In this document: positions 34,511-48,668 of the stretch, one piece after another
Numbering within the stretch: the stretch's first letter is position 1
Layout of the letters: each line of letters begins with the position of its first letter
NCBI RefSeq assembly: GCF_024521635.1
Contig: NW_026250414.1
Location: 496,001-560,000, forward strand
Length of the DNA: 64,000 nucleotides
DNA from: Tricharina praecox
Taxonomy: Eukaryota
Direction of reading: 5' to 3'
Program-made: the position numbers and the translations under genes
Notes under the pieces: generated by a model
Told to the model about the DNA's origin: nothing
Databases searched by the model: none
What the model saw: only the letters and a program-made list of their open reading frames with translations

Positions 34511-37500
34511 AAAGCATAAGTGTGTGTCTTGGGCGATATTCAACATATCGATAGTCTATCTTCATTCGGAGCAGGTTTGTATTTGCAATTGACGTTGAAT
34601 TATGGGGGAAAGGAGAGAGGGGGGTTTAGAGTCAGTAATGTCTACTACTTAACTTACTTACTTACTTGCTTCTTGCGCCGCCATATGCGATGGAAATACT
34701 TTATTTCTCGGGGCTGTTTCGTTTCTTTTCGGTTGTTCGTTCCTGTTAGCTTTTCCTTTGTTTGGGCGAGCTGCTACCGTGTGTTTCGCATCTTGTCTGG
34801 TTTGGGATGGCATTGGGTTGGGGATTGGGAGGTTGGGGGTTGAGGGATGAACTTAGGAACGCGTATGTCGTTCATGACGATGATGGCGAATGATGGCGAA
34901 TGATGAGTTGAGTTGAGTTAAGTAAATATCGTGTTACTGGCGTTTATGACGGGGTGTACCTTGTGATTGATGTGATGTGATGTGATTCCGAACTGAACTG
35001 AAGCCAGCCGGTCGAGCCGTAGCCCGTCGAGTACAAAAGAGTGGTCTGGAGAAGAACTCACCACCGTACCGAAATCGAGTACCTATGCAGAATTGACCTA
35101 AGCCAGTCGTATCATACAGTAGTAAAAAGTAGGGTGCGATTGATCATTGATACGAGAAGAATACCACAGTCATTACTAGTACTTAAGGGTCCGTAAAATG
35201 CGATCTTTTGGAGTATCATGGGGTTTGGTATGTATAGATGCAGTACCTAGCATAACGGATTTGCAAACGGCTCCTTTACCAACCAACACCACGACAGCCT
35301 GGTGGTGGGATCGAGAGGAGTTGAATTTTAACACACTTCCTCTCGCGGATATCTCCACTTCTCGTTGACATGTCCACTTCTCGTTGATAGCTCTCCTCTC
35401 ACTGATAGTTTATCCGTCACTTCTTCCTCTTGCTGATATCTCCTCCTCTCGCAAACTTCCCGCACTACAAGAAAGTCGTAAACGTTTGCTTGCTTGCGTA
35501 GGTACAACACATCTTACCCACAGTACGTATTCTTGAAAGTTGAAATTAGAGGTTTTCTACGGTATGCATATCTACCAGATTCAGTGACCGGAGGCTGGAG
35601 CATTCTGCTCATCACGGCACGGTATTTCGTCCGTAGAACTTATGTCGTCATGGTTTACCACAGTCTACTATCAGCAGCTACTGGATTATGTAGCATGGCA
35701 TGGCAACGTTTTCTCTGCACTGGGTAGGTACATAAGTTCTCTGGTAGGTAGTTCTCTGCTATTCTGAACACTGCGTATGTAATATTTTGTATTCGGAAGA
35801 ACTGCGGTACCGGTAGTTAGTTCTTCCAGCTTTTCAGTACCTAAGGGCCCGTTTGGAACTTTGGATGGCCTCAGTTTTCAGTTCCAGTTTTAGAGCGCAA
35901 TCCAGTTCCCCGCCGGGACACCGAATACCGTAGTACTGTTAAGCTTCAGTTTCAGTTTCAGGAAAACCTCGAGGTGAACAAAATGTTTGGCAGTTCTCGG
36001 TATACCTAGTATTTTTCGATACTGTAGAATTGAGACTACGTATAGGGGGAAAAAAAATACGAAATTCAATCTATATTCTCATGAAGGCTCAGAGGCTGAG
36101 ACTGCTGGATTTCAATCCGTGCGGTATGTAGTAGGTATGATACTACTTACTGGAGACCGCCGGCATCAATCACATCCCACTTTTTGCTACTGTATGTATT
36201 TAAAAGAAGGAGGGAGGGAGGGAAAGCTTAATGCCGACCTCATTAACGATTGGCTGACCTATATACTATAACTCGTCCGCATTTTCTTTTTCTTTTTCCT
36301 AGACTGCGGGGTGCATGATCCTAAAGTACTGTATATCTATACTCTCTGCGGCAAAAGGTTGCCGAGTTTCTACAAACAACGAGTCTGTTTGGTTCCCTCT
36401 GGTGATGGGGGGATGCGGTGGGGATGGGGATGTGGGTGATGGCTGATGGGGGGATGGGAGGGTGTATAAAATGCATCTGTAATCTGTATCTGCCGAACTC
36501 TGGGGCATTGGGTTGTTTATGAGCTATATCCTCCTATGTATTTAACTAGAGTAGTAGAGATGCAGCAACAACAACAGCAACAGGAGCAGGAGCGGTAATG
36601 CCCGACGCCCGTTTGCTCAGTGCTGGAGGAGGGAAGAGGGAAGGAAGGAAGATTGGATGAAGACGTTTTACCGTATTGCACTGTGCACATATCGTCCACT
36701 GCAGATACACGTTGCAATTTGCTGGCTGGCTGCATGCATTCAGAGGCAGTGGACTGTGGACTGTGGACTGTGGAGGGAGTGGGGCGCTACGTACTCTATT
36801 TATATTCGTTTATACTTTGCACTTTACTCCAACTACGCTGTACGCCGTGCGGGTGACGGGCGTGAGCTGAGAGCTGAGCTTAAGCTTCAGAGTCGAGGGT
36901 CGAGAGAGTCGAGAGTCGAGAGAGTCGAGAGAGGCATCAGCCCTATTAGGCTTGCGGTGGGGAACATCGGACGGAGCCTAGACAGTATAGTACAGGAGCG
37001 TTGGGACTTGGGGAGGAATGTAGATCCGTGAGAGGGAAACAGAGGCAGATGGGCGGACTGACAGAAGCTTCATTTGTTCGCCACTGTTCGCCACCGTTCG
37101 CCACTGTTCGCCGCGGAAAAGTATGTAGAGTACACGATCACTACCCTCTAGAGTCTAGAGTAAGTACTCTACATACAGTCCTCCACCTCCTCCACCTCAA
37201 GCGGGCGGGAGTTAGCGCACACACTCTACATGACCGTAGCGCAACTATATGCACGCACCCGTTCCGTCCGTCTCGACAGCCAGCCAGAACCAGCAGACAG
37301 ACATCGCCTCAAAGCGGGCGGGTTCGTGCATGTCCGTCCGTCCACCAGTCCCGGCCAGTCCAGTCCACGTATAGTAGAGTACTCTAGATACGTAAGATCC
37401 GATAGGTTTGCTTGCAGACTTGCAGACTTGCAGTGCTGCGGTGCCGCGCACGCACGCCCTCCCTCCCTCCCTCCCTCACGCCCTCACCTCGCCTCACCTC

Positions 37501-37777
37501 GCGCCCTCTTTGGTTTGCGAAACGTAACGGGTGTGTTCGAGGCGAAGGGCTTGTTCCCTAGGAGGATGGGGGGCGGTGGGGGGGAGGATGGGGGGTATAT
37601 AAAACGCCCGCGCCCCGGTCCCGGCCCGCACGTTGAATATTTATGAAGTGGAACAAAAGACAAAAACAACCGCCGTCCGCCTCCGCCTCCACCGCCGCCG
37701 CCACACCCAGCGCCACCACGACCACGACCGTCACCACCACCGAAAAATCCCGAACCTCCTCACTCGGCTGCTACATC

Positions 37778-38196
37778 ATGTGCTGCGTAAGTTTGCGCCT
37801 CCCGCTCCCCCCCTCCCTCAGCAATCTAACACCTAGTGACAGCTCCCCATCCCGACACTGCACCGCAAGCCCTCAGCGACCTCCTCCACCTCCACGACGA
37901 TAAGCCGCAGCCGGGCGTCGACCGCCTCACCGGACAGCTGGTCGTCGTCGTCGTCGTCGTCGTCAACGGTACAACAACAGGAGGAGCACGTAGCGCCGCG
38001 AATAGTGTCCAGCAAGGCTGTGCGCGTGAACCGGCACGCGACGCCGCAGCGCGTGGCGTCAAAGGTTGTGCGCGTGCGCCATCACAGACCCAAACGGGTC
38101 GGCGGGAATTGTCACTGCGAGAATGTTGCTACGACGGGAGACGAGGCTGCGGATGCGGCCAGGAGGAGGGTCGTCAGGGAGGTTTATAGCACGTAG
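37778..38196 (+). CDS. Small orphan protein (~120 aa) beginning MCC, Ser-rich then basic
   Basis: TATATAAAA at ~37596; CATCATG; ATG TGC TGC then GTAAGT intron (37787-37842, CTAAC branch, CAG acceptor) gives open frame MCCLPIPTLHRKPSATSSTS...VVREVYST*. No recognisable homology. Confidence 0.55.
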
Positions 38197-40310
38197 GTAG
38201 GGTGCGAGGGTTTTGATTTGCGGTTTTGGAATTAAGTGGGAATTGGCGGTTGCGAGTTTACGTTTGCGTTGCGAGACGGTGTATAACTGAGGGGGCATTT
38301 TTTTTTCTTGTGTGTTTCTTTTTCTTTCTTTTCCTTTTCCGTTTCTTTTCTTTTCCTGGACGTTTGTTTTGAGGGTCTGTTATCTTTTTTTCCGGGGGGG
38401 GGGGGGGAGGGGGGTTCGAACTTCGACTACCTAACTGGGGGGAGCGAGCGGGCGCATGGAATTGCCTTTTTGGAATTATGTTGCTTTGTATCTATGGGGA
38501 GGATCGGGTGAGGGGGGGGGGGGGGGGGGGGTACGTGGGGGTCCACTTTCTGTGGGAGGAAACTGCACTGGGGGAAACTGCGCTGTGGAAATGCAGATTT
38601 ATCGAGGAAAAATAAGATGCTGCGATTGTGGTAGTTGCTCAAGATGGGGGGGGAGGGTTGCTGCGGTTTGATAACTACTACCTACTCTATATCAGGCGCG
38701 GAATTCACTTGAGCGTGTATATACCTACTACATACTACATATAGTATCGGTGCGTATCTGCCCCGCCGCGAATCGTTATAGTGGATGTTATTTAGGTAGT
38801 AGGTACTCTACGACCGGCTGTAGTTACTGGAGCCTGGTGATGGTGATGGTGATGGTGGTAGTGGTGGTGATGGTGAGCTGGTGGTTTAAATAAAAGCACT
38901 ATCATATGTATTGTACATAAGTAATTACTTCGAATCGAAGCCTCCAGGCTCGAGGCCCTTGGCGTTGAACGGAAGCTAGTTCTCGCCGCTGACGATGTTT
39001 GGAATTCGTATGTATTTACTCCAGAGTCCGGTAGGTAACTACAGCCGACTGCGGCTTCCATTTCGAGCGTACATACGAGCCTTTGGTATCGTGGCAGACA
39101 TGGTAGAGTACTCCACATACCCACATACCTGCCGTGTAGTAGTTGCCGGTAGTGCTCGAGGCGGGAGTGTCAGACGGTCTCACTCTCGGAAGCTCCCTCG
39201 AGCAGGCAACTGGTATGTCTACTACATACCAGAGATATACCTAGTACATATATCCAGCTCACCATGTGGCCTGCTGCGGCTGCACCGTGCTACGCGGATA
39301 CCTGCAGCGAGGCGACATCCGGTGGCGGTAGGCAAGTACGTACTAGGTAGGCTGGCGAACACTTGCAAACACCGCGGATGGTTCATGGGGTGTCACTCGC
39401 GGGACAGCACTGGATGGCTGGGTGGGCGGTGGGAAAAGACCGGTGTGTGAGTGCGAGGCTCCGGTAAACGGTTATGTTCGGGAGTATCTTCGTCGGCTGG
39501 GAGCTCACTGATATCGTGTATTGTGGGTGAGGCGGGAGCTCGAGAGTTGAGAGCTGGCGGTGGTGAAAGGCTCATCTGATTTCTCGACGCCGCGTGGAGA
39601 TGGGGTGTTCCGGGTGATCGGGTCTGGACTGGAATGGAATGGAATGTTGGGCGAAGAAGGAAGTCGATGCCGGCTGGTAGCTCTAAGTCTGGTGTGGGAA
39701 CGCTCTGACTTCAATAGGTAGTAGCTAACTGCCCAGTTTGCTTCCGAGCTCGAGCTCCCAATACGGTAGCTACTGCACGCAGGATCCAATCCCGCCTATG
39801 TACGAATGTAGTGGCCGTTTTCGCTGACTTGACTCTATGTACGCTGAACGCCGGCAAGTACCACGGGAACGTAATCGCCCAATATACCTAACGAGTGCTT
39901 GCGACTCGCAGGACCACAGCCCATTACTCATCACTCATCACTCAACCTCGATTCCTCGTAGCCGAGTTGCAGGTGAGACCGGAGGCCGGCATATGATCTT
40001 CCCCAGGAATTGTGTATTAATTTATTCTCGAAGCCGTTTCGAGGGCGGAAAAGAAAAAAGCTTGTTTTGTATCATACGTGCTCCTGCAATAACTTCTGAC
40101 ATCTACGGATTACATACATTCGATCACCACCACCGCCGCTGCCGCCGCGCGCCGCCCGCCAGTTTTACATACAACAGACATTAAATCATTACAACGTGGC
40201 ATTCATGACCCAGCCCGACCCACCCAATCCCTTCACCCCCAGCTGCCCGCAGCTTCCCCCTCCCCCTCCCCCTCCCCTTCCCCTTCCCCTTCCCTGCACC
40301 TCCAGCCCAC

Positions 40311-40688
40311 TCACTTAAACAACCAACTCGCCTCCCTAAACGCAGCGGTCCTAGCGGGCTGTCCCGCCTCTCCCTCACATGCGGCCGCTAGCTCGTCTGC
40401 ACTCTTGCCCAGCACGGAGTTGCGGTACATGCCGAGGGTGAGCTTTGACTCGCAGGCTGCGCGCGCCGGCAGCATCACCGTGCTCGGGATCGTGGGCGGT
40501 AGCTGCGAGATCCGGCTCGCGTAGCCCCCGCTGCCGCTGCCGCCGGAAAGGTTGTTGCCGCGGGATTTCTGCAGGCGCGTCGGTCTGCGTTTAGTGGGAG
40601 GTGGAGTGGAGGAGCGGGAGGAGGAGGAGGAGGAGGAGCGGGAGGACAGGGCGCAGCAGCTCGAGGGAAGGCGTACCCAGAAACACAT
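40311..40688 (-). CDS. Small orphan protein (125 aa) MCFWVRLPSSCC..., Ser-rich
   Basis: ATG in CAAATG context after a CA/CT-rich leader; GC-rich coding-like composition; no recognisable domain. Confidence 0.4.
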   Translation of the reverse strand: MCFWVRLPSSCCALSSRSSSSSSSRSSTPPPTKRRPTRLQKSRGNNLSGGSGSGGYASRISQLPPTIPSTVMLPARAACESKLTLGMYRNSVLGKSADELAAACEGEAGQPARTAAFREASWLFK

Positions 40689-41590
40689 TTGGAGGGAGCT
40701 GGGTATGCTGGTGGTGTTTTTTGGTTGGTTGGTGGGCGGGCGGGCTGCGAGGCTGTCGGGGCGAAGGGAGGCGACGACGAAGGGAGCGGAAGGCTACACT
40801 GCACTGTACTGGTGAGCCGCGACGTGGAGTTTGCGTGTGTGTGTATGAGGTATGTATGTACGGTGCGGGTATGCGACGGCGGCGGCGGCGACGGAGATGT
40901 TGAGGAGAATTCAGAAGATGAGACGAGGCGAGGCGACAAATAGATGGAGTAACTAAGATCGTGCGTGTCGGAGGGATGTGCCTGCCATTGACGTGGCATA
41001 TGTATCTCACGTCAAAGCATGGCTGGCATGGCTGGCGAGAGTGAGTATGCAAGGTCGTGTGGTCGGGCCAATCATGACTTGGCCAGAACTGCGTTCTGTT
41101 TCGCTATGGCGGCGGGGCTGAGACATTGTGAGAGCTGCACTTTGTGATGATTTTTTGTGCAGCAAGGTGATTTGATTGGTCATGGATCATGGCATACGTG
41201 GAGTGGACACCGGAGCCTGGAGGTGAGTCTGCCCCCACGGGAAAACACATGACACGATATCTATTCGACTCAATGAGCCCTTCCCGACGCTGGAAGGGAC
41301 TGGAGCTTCTCGTGAGGATTTCGAAGTAAGCAGAGTAAGGAAAAATCGATTCTCTCGTAGGACATCGGGTCGAATGATACCCATGAAGCCAGCCAACTGC
41401 CAGCAGCCATTAGGCAACCCCTATCCGGCAAGGGCGTCAACTCCCCACGCTAGAGTATCCGATCCCTACTCTACTCTACGCGCAGCGCGGTTGGTTCCAT
41501 GATCCATCGCGTCCCAAAAGCCAATCCGTAAACAAATCCTCGCGTCCACTTCGACCAGAACCACCTTCCACACACAAACACGAAAACCCA

Positions 41591-44500
41591 ATGTCCTCCT
41601 CCCTACGCTCCTCGCCTGCATCAACACCCCGTCGAAGTCGCGTCGCGTCTCCAATAGTCCTCACACCTCGCTCGAAAATCGCTGCGTTGCTGGCAGATTC
41701 CGACGACGACGAGGATGCGACGACTAAACTTACGAAGAAATTAGATGGTACCGACCATGAAGAAGAGGAGGAAGACGATGAGGATGAGGATGAAGTACCG
41801 CTACGACCGCGAGGAAAGCTGGCGAGTAGGATGTACGCCGCCAAAGATAAAGCCTCCGAAGCCGACGCGGGCGCATACGAACGTGTAAAACAGAGTCTAC
41901 TCGCAGGAGACGAAAAGGAGGCCGCCACCACAGCCGATTCCGGCGAAGATGCCGAGGGCGATACCGAATCGGAAGAAGATATACCACTACGCCCCCGCGG
42001 CAAGTTGGCGAGCAGGATGTACTCCGACTCCACCACCGACGCCGCCACGCCGAAAAAAGACGACACCGCATACGAACGTGTAAAGCGCAGTCTCATCGCC
42101 GAACGGGATAAATCGGCCACGCCGGGTCCGAAGTCGAGAGGGTCGATGGGCGCGGATGGCAGCGAGAATACGCCGATTCCACCGAGGAGGAGGCCTTCGG
42201 GTGGCATCTTTTCGTCTCCTGTGGCTTCGCCGGCACGCCCGAAGGCACTGAAGACGGCGGAAACGATACCGGAGGAATTCTTTAGCTCTGATTCTTCGGA
42301 CGAGGAGTTGCAGCCCTTGGACACGAAGAATGCGCGCTTCATGGCGCTGGTGCAGAAGAAGCGGAAGGAGCGCGAGGCGGCGATGGCCGAGAAGGCGATG
42401 GCCGAGAAGAAGCGGAAGGAGCACGAGGCGGAGATGGACAGATGGGCAATGAAAGATGCAGCAAACTTTGAGGCAGATAATGAGAAGGAGTGCCGGGCGT
42501 TGGAGGAGCAATTTGACCTACCGCCTGGGAGTATGACGGAGCAGTACAAGAAGAAGAAGGGTCCTCCTCGGAGGAACGCGAGTAAGAAGGCTTTGGAGGA
42601 GATGCACAAGGAAACCCAGCGACTGGCGAGGAGTATACAGCTTGCTCATGGGGCCCATGCGAAGAAGAAGATCACCAAGCAGAGTTTGTTTGAGAAGTTC
42701 AACTTCGCGACGACGACTACTGCGGAAGAGTCGGCAGCCGCACCCCCGGCTTCTACGAAATTGAGCTCTTTCGTCGCCTCCGAGTCGGATGCAATTCCTA
42801 CAACTACTGCAACTTCGCCACCATCCGACCCGACAGAAGTGAATCAGGCGAACCAAGAAGATTCAGAAGACCTCCCAGACGTTGCCGACCTCCTTCGGGG
42901 AATTTCATCACCGCCCAAGCAGAGCAAACCATCAGATGCCGATGATACTCCTCGGCCGAAGACCGACAAGGGAAAAGGTAAAGCTGCGGGCAAAGGCAAA
43001 GGCAAAGACAAGGCGGTTGAAGTCGGACCAGCCCCGCCGTCCAAGCAGAAGAAGCAGCTGCCCCACGTCAAGGTTATTCTTCCGAAGCATAACCCGGTAG
43101 ACGATTCCGACTCCGACCTGGAGATTATGAATCCTGAGGACGAGGCGAAACAGCTGCTTTCGGAGAAACAGAAACTCATTGCATCAATGCGTCGTCCCCG
43201 ACCACTGCCCAAGCAACAAGCTAAATCGCCAAACGGAAAAGTACAGGTCTCTGCGAAACTGCTCCATCAGCAGCTGCTCCAGAAAAGCCGTCTCCAAGCG
43301 ATCAAGGAGCGGGAGGACAAAATTGAAGAGCTGAGAGCAAAGGGTGTCATAATCCAGACGCCCGAAGAGAGGGAAAAGGCGATGCGTGAAGTCGAGTCTC
43401 TGGTCGAAAAGGCGCGGAAGGAGGCGCTGGGAATCAAGAGGCGCGAGCAAAGAGCAGAAAAGCTAGCGAGGGGTGAGAATGTGAGTGACCATGAAGACGC
43501 TGAGTACGAAGAGTTGTTGGAGAGCGAGGTGGAAGATAGTGAATCTCCGGAGAAAGACGAAATGGAGACCGACGAAGAAGAGGAAGAGGAAGAGGAAGAA
43601 GAAGAAGAAGAAGAAGAAGAAGAAGAAGAAGAAGAAGAAGAAGAAAAGAGGGGTAATGAAATGATTGATGGTGAGGCCGACGAATCAGGACCGGAGAAAG
43701 AGGATGTCGAGATGGACGCCCCGGAGGCGACGGCGAAGGACGTTGCACCATCAGCGGCGTTTGGTCTGTCGTCAATGAATCAGGGAGACCGAGACTCTGT
43801 TTCTCTGACACCTCGTCTTTCGGCTATGCCGGCTGTCGACGATGACTTTGACGATGACGATGATGGTGGATTCGCTCCTTTCCAGCGCAAGCTGCCCCAC
43901 AAGAAGCTACGGGTCACGGATGACGACGACGGAGATGAGAACGCTATGGACACCGACACGGTTATCTCGTCGACCCCGCAGGGACCTAAAATTCCAGACA
44001 TGTTCAAGAACATGGCCCAACCTTCACCTATAGGGATGACCCAGCTGTTTGCTGGGTCTATGGCCAGCAATGCTCCGTTCGGTACGCCTAGTGAAGATAT
44101 CGGAAAGAAGGTTGATGGGATGAGACAACTTCCTGACGATATCCTACCAAACTCGCAAGCGCCTGTATTGGAAGATTCGGTACCGGACAGACAAGCGGGA
44201 GCAGGTTTAGAACTTCACTATTCGCAGACCCAGGTCGACAACGCGGATTCACTGCCGGTCTTAACTCTAGAGTACTGTCAGTCTCAAGTCAGCGTCGACT
44301 CGCAACAGATGCTAGATCCTACGCAAGATAACGGATTCGAGAGAGTGTCTCCTGGACCAGCTAGGTTCGAGACCTCTCCTGAGCCTGAGGCCCGTGAGGC
44401 AAGCGTATCGGCCCAGCCCGTGGACGAAGAGTTCACCGAACCTAAAAAGCGAGGTCGCTTGACTAGGAAAGTTGCGGACTTTTCGGATGAAGAAAAGGAC

Positions 44501-45852
44501 TCCAACGCCAATGATTCTGCGGACGATTCTGTGGATTTTGCGGATGATGAGGACATGCAGGATGCTTTTGCTGTCATGAAGAAAGCCGCTAAAAAACCTA
44601 AGGCTCCCGAAAAGCCTTACGACAAGAAGAACTCCGAAGCTAAGGGGATGGTGCACGAACAAGCTGAAGAGTCCGAGGATGAGTATGGCGGGATCGGTGG
44701 CCGCTCGGACGATGATGAGGGTGATGGTGATGTGGCGGACGATGAAGAAATGAAGGACTTGCTCGACGACGAGCACCAGGACATCGACGAGAACGCCATG
44801 GCCGCCTTCTACGCTGAGCGTGAGAAAACACGAGATGAGAAGGAAGTCAACCGTCTTTTCCGCGATCTCCAGAACGGCTTGTTGCGGAAGAAGCGGGGCG
44901 CCGATTTCGACCTGGATGACGATAGCGACGACGAGTATATGGCGCAGGAGCGCAGAAGGCGGCAGAAGAGGCGACAGATGGCGCAAATCCGCAAGGCATT
45001 GCTGCAAGACGAAAAATTGGGCAAGATTGCGGCTGATCCCAAGAAGGCCGCTTTCTTCAAGGTGCTTGAGGATAATGGCAGCGACGATGAAGGTGACTTC
45101 TTAGACCAGACCGAGGACGACTTTTTGGCGAACCTCGATGCCTCGCAATCGCAAGATGTACAGGTACAGGCTCCTGAAGAGAACGCCGAGGAAGAGCCGT
45201 TCGGTAGTCAGGCCAGTGATGCGGAAAGTACACCCTGGCCCCAGCCGCAACAGCTGGCTCAAGAACGACGGCCTGTACGCACCAAGAAGAGTAAGAAACA
45301 AGGTCTTATTGAGATCAGAGAGGTAAACTTAGCCACGTTCTTTATCTGCAGCATTCACAAAACTAATTCGCCATATAGACGCTCTGCGCGATGGGCGTGG
45401 AAGAGCCTTCCCTCCTGGACGCCAGTGAGAGTGAATCCGAGGACGAATTCGACGAGGATTCGCAACGCCGCCGAGCCAGCGCTACCTCTGTTATCGATCG
45501 TACTCTCTCACGCTCCTCATCTTCATCGCTCTCCACCTCCTCTAAACTCGCGTTCCAATCACGCGATAATAGCGCGCCGTCTGGATTCAAGGTACCTGCA
45601 CTACTGCGCCGAGCAACTAGTAACCTCTCGGTCGAAAGTCAAGGCCAGGTCACCACCGAGCGAAGCTTGGGCGCCGATAGCCAGGGCCTCAAGAAGGGCG
45701 GCGGAAAGGGCTCCAGTATCAACTTCCATTCGAAGGCCAAGGTCAACCTGGTGGAGAAGAGCGAAGAGAAGAGAAAGGCCGACAGAGCCAAGGAGGGACG
45801 GCAAAGAGTCAAGAAAGGCCTGGGTGCGCTCGGTAAGGGGTCCTTTTCATAA
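41591..45852 (+). CDS. MRC1: Replication checkpoint mediator Mrc1/claspin-like
   Basis: Large acidic protein with LTPRSKIAALLA, SKKALEEMHKETQRLARS, SQ/TQ cluster (GMTQLF, YSQTQ, PTQD) and MRC1-like domain EQAEESEDEYGGIGG; intron 45323-45378 joins the last exon ending GKGSFS*. Confidence 0.9.
43572..43646 (+). repeat. (GAA/GAG)n poly-Glu tract in MRC1
   Basis: About 24 consecutive Glu codons, mostly pure GAA. Confidence 0.95.
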
Positions 45853-47041
45853 AGTGGAATTGCACGTTTTTGGAAAGCATCGGCTTGGGTTACGAAAGGA
45901 TGGAGTTTGCGGTGTCATTTTGGTTGGTTGGGAAACGCCTATATGTTTGTAATCTAGATACCTATTCCCGATCGTGAATGTATGTGCATCGTGCTGTCTT
46001 TCGACCGGGATCCGTTTTTAGAGCTTCGTTCTGTGCAATGTACATCATGCGACGCTGCAGGAGTAGTCGGACTTCCCAGCGGCGCGGACTGCACGGATCC
46101 GCAGCGGTCTGCAGCGGCAGCGGGCGCGAGGATTGATATCCAGTTCGGGCACAGCGGGTCACTCGAGTTCGGTGTATAATGCTCATTTGCAAAGATCGTT
46201 TAATCGGTGTCCCATACTTGGTCAATCATTGCTGCAGAGAATCCTTCTCATTGTTGATGGTGGCCGCTCAGGGGTTTTTTATTCGCCCTCACCATGTCCG
46301 CTCATCGGGCTTACGGGAACCAATGCCCATCTGCGGGGCTGCCACCGCAAAGCTCTGACTTCACGTGAACACCCCTCGCAGCGCTCTCTTGCATCCCAAC
46401 GGGAAACCAACTGCATATGGACGGGTACACCATTTCCTGATATAGCATCGCGGTTGTTATTTATGTAGAGCAGCGAAAAAACCGATGGCGAAATAAATCG
46501 AATTGGGTGTGGTTTCTGTTGGTATGGTTTGCGGGCGCCAAAGAGCCCCCCCTCCTCCACTTGGATGTGAGCGAAGCAAGCTGCCGCTCCTGGTCTAGCC
46601 GCCTCCCCTCCTTTCTTTTGAACTGCAACCCAACCTCCACCCCTCATCCACCCCCGACCGACTATCTGACCTACCCCCTCCGCCCGCCTTCAACTTTCAG
46701 TCTCTCCCTTCTACGACTACTATTTCTGAACGCGCCCTCCCGCAACCCTAAGTACTCTTCAGTCCCCGAAAGACTGTGCAGTACATACGGGCTTCGGCAA
46801 CGCGTTAGCACCACCACCGCCACTCACCCCTGGATCAGACCAGGTACCTGCTGCTACGGGGTGCTCTTACGGTTTCATATTTTCAAGATCTCTACTCTTG
46901 AATCTCTGACCTCTCCACACTCCCGCCCTACCTCTGTGTTCAACACCATCACCCGAACTCTCCTATCACCGACTCGTGTAGCTCTCCAGACCATACCCCC
47001 CCTCATATCGCCACCCGAGTTCAACCTACCTACGATCCACC

Positions 47042-48668
47042 ATGTCCGAAGAAGGTGGTCTCAAGCCGAAGACGCTGAAGCGCAAGAACCTCAAGGGACT
47101 CAAACTGGCCGAGCCGGCACTTAAAGCGGCGCCAAAAGAAGTTGTTTACGACGACGAAGATGCGCTTAACAGCCAGCTCGACACGCTAGAGATCGGTGTG
47201 GAGTTTAGGTTGGATCTACGGGCTGAGGACTTGCTGGTTATCCATGAGCTCGGAGCTGGCAATGGTGGTACTGTCAGCAAGGTCATGCATCAGACACTCA
47301 AGACGGTCATGGCGAAGAAGGTACGGCTCCCTCGGCCTCTAACTGTGGTGAAGCTGGAGACGAGAGCTTGTAACTGACCACCGTGCCACATGATTTAGGT
47401 TATTCACATCGACGCAAAACCCAAGGTCCGCAAGCAGATCGTCCGGGAGCTACACATCATGCACGAATGTCACTCGCCATACATTGTGTCGTTCTATGGA
47501 GCTTTTTTGAATGAGGGCGACGTGGTGATGTGCATGGAATACATGGATTGCGGGTATGTTCCTTTCTGACGCCCCCGCCCCGACCATCTCCTGCTCTGCT
47601 CTCCCGCTTCAATATCATAGTGCTTCATGACAGCTGATAAATGGATGATTGCTCCGCTAGATCCCTTGACAACATCGCCAAAAAGATCGGTCCCATTCGT
47701 GTCGATGTGCTGGGCAAAATATCGGAGGCTGTTGTCGAGGGTTTGCACTATCTCTACAACGAGCACAAGATCCTTCATCGCGACATTAAACCCTCCAACA
47801 TCCTTGTCAATTCGCGCGGACGAATCAAGCTGTGCGATTTTGGTGTTTCAGGAGAGCTCATCAACTCTATTGCAAACACCTTCGTTGGAACCTCGACCTA
47901 CATGGCACCTGAGCGGATACAAGGTGCCCAGTACTCGGTCAAGTCGGACGTGTGGAGTTTGGGCTTGACGCTGTTGGAACTGGCCATCGGTCGGTTTCCA
48001 TTCGATGCCGATGGGTCGGCTGCAGGCACCCGTGCGAGCGCGGGGCCTATGGGAATCCTCGATCTATTGCAGAAGATCGTTAACGAGCCGGCGCCGAGGC
48101 TGCCGAAGAATGTGGCCTTCCCCCCAAGTTTGGAGCTTATGATCGAACACTGCTTGATCAAGGATCCGGACAGTCGGCCGTCGCCCGAAGAGCTGTTGGT
48201 ATGTTGTATTTGTCTTTCTGACTTTTAGTGAGCAGAATTGCTGACGAGTTATGACAGTCTGAACCATTCATGCGAAGTGCTAAGGCTACCAACGTCGATC
48301 TGGAGGGATGGGCGTGCGATGTGATGGAGAAGATCACAGGAAAGCCCCACGTGCGAAATCGATCTTCGGTGCACGTGATACTACCCAAAGTCGGCCAGCC
48401 CAGGCCGATTTCCAGAATCGACGGCCCTGCTCCTTCGGCACCTCGGAGACCGTCCGGACCTGCCATGGAGCCTTCTGGTCGCCGCCAGTCTGGTGCGGAG
48501 GGTGCGATGCCGCCACCGCCCGCCCCGAAGGCTAATGGGGATCGCGAGCGCGATCGCGAGGCACAGCGTCTGCACGCGTACCGCCAGGCAAGCAGTGGAA
48601 TGTCAGGCGGAGCGCTACCGCCGACACCTCCGGCTAAGGGTGTCTCAAATGGATGGGACAGGAGATAA
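47042..48668 (+). CDS. STE7: MAP kinase kinase Ste7/MEK-2
   Basis: Docking motif LKRKNLKGLKL, LEIGVEFRLDLR, GAGNGGTV, HRDIKPSN, DFGVSGELINSIANTFVGTSTYMAPERIQG; three introns. Confidence 0.95.

Noticed and set aside
36740..37115. Short tandem repeats (GTGGACT, GAGTCGA, TGTTCGCCAC) as a CRISPR-like array
   Set aside because: Contiguous micro/minisatellites without spacers in a eukaryotic locus.
45323..45952. ORF-track C-terminus of the 1453-aa MRC1 ORF
   Set aside because: Reads through intron 45323-45378; splicing gives an acidic/Ser-rich Mrc1-like end at 45852.
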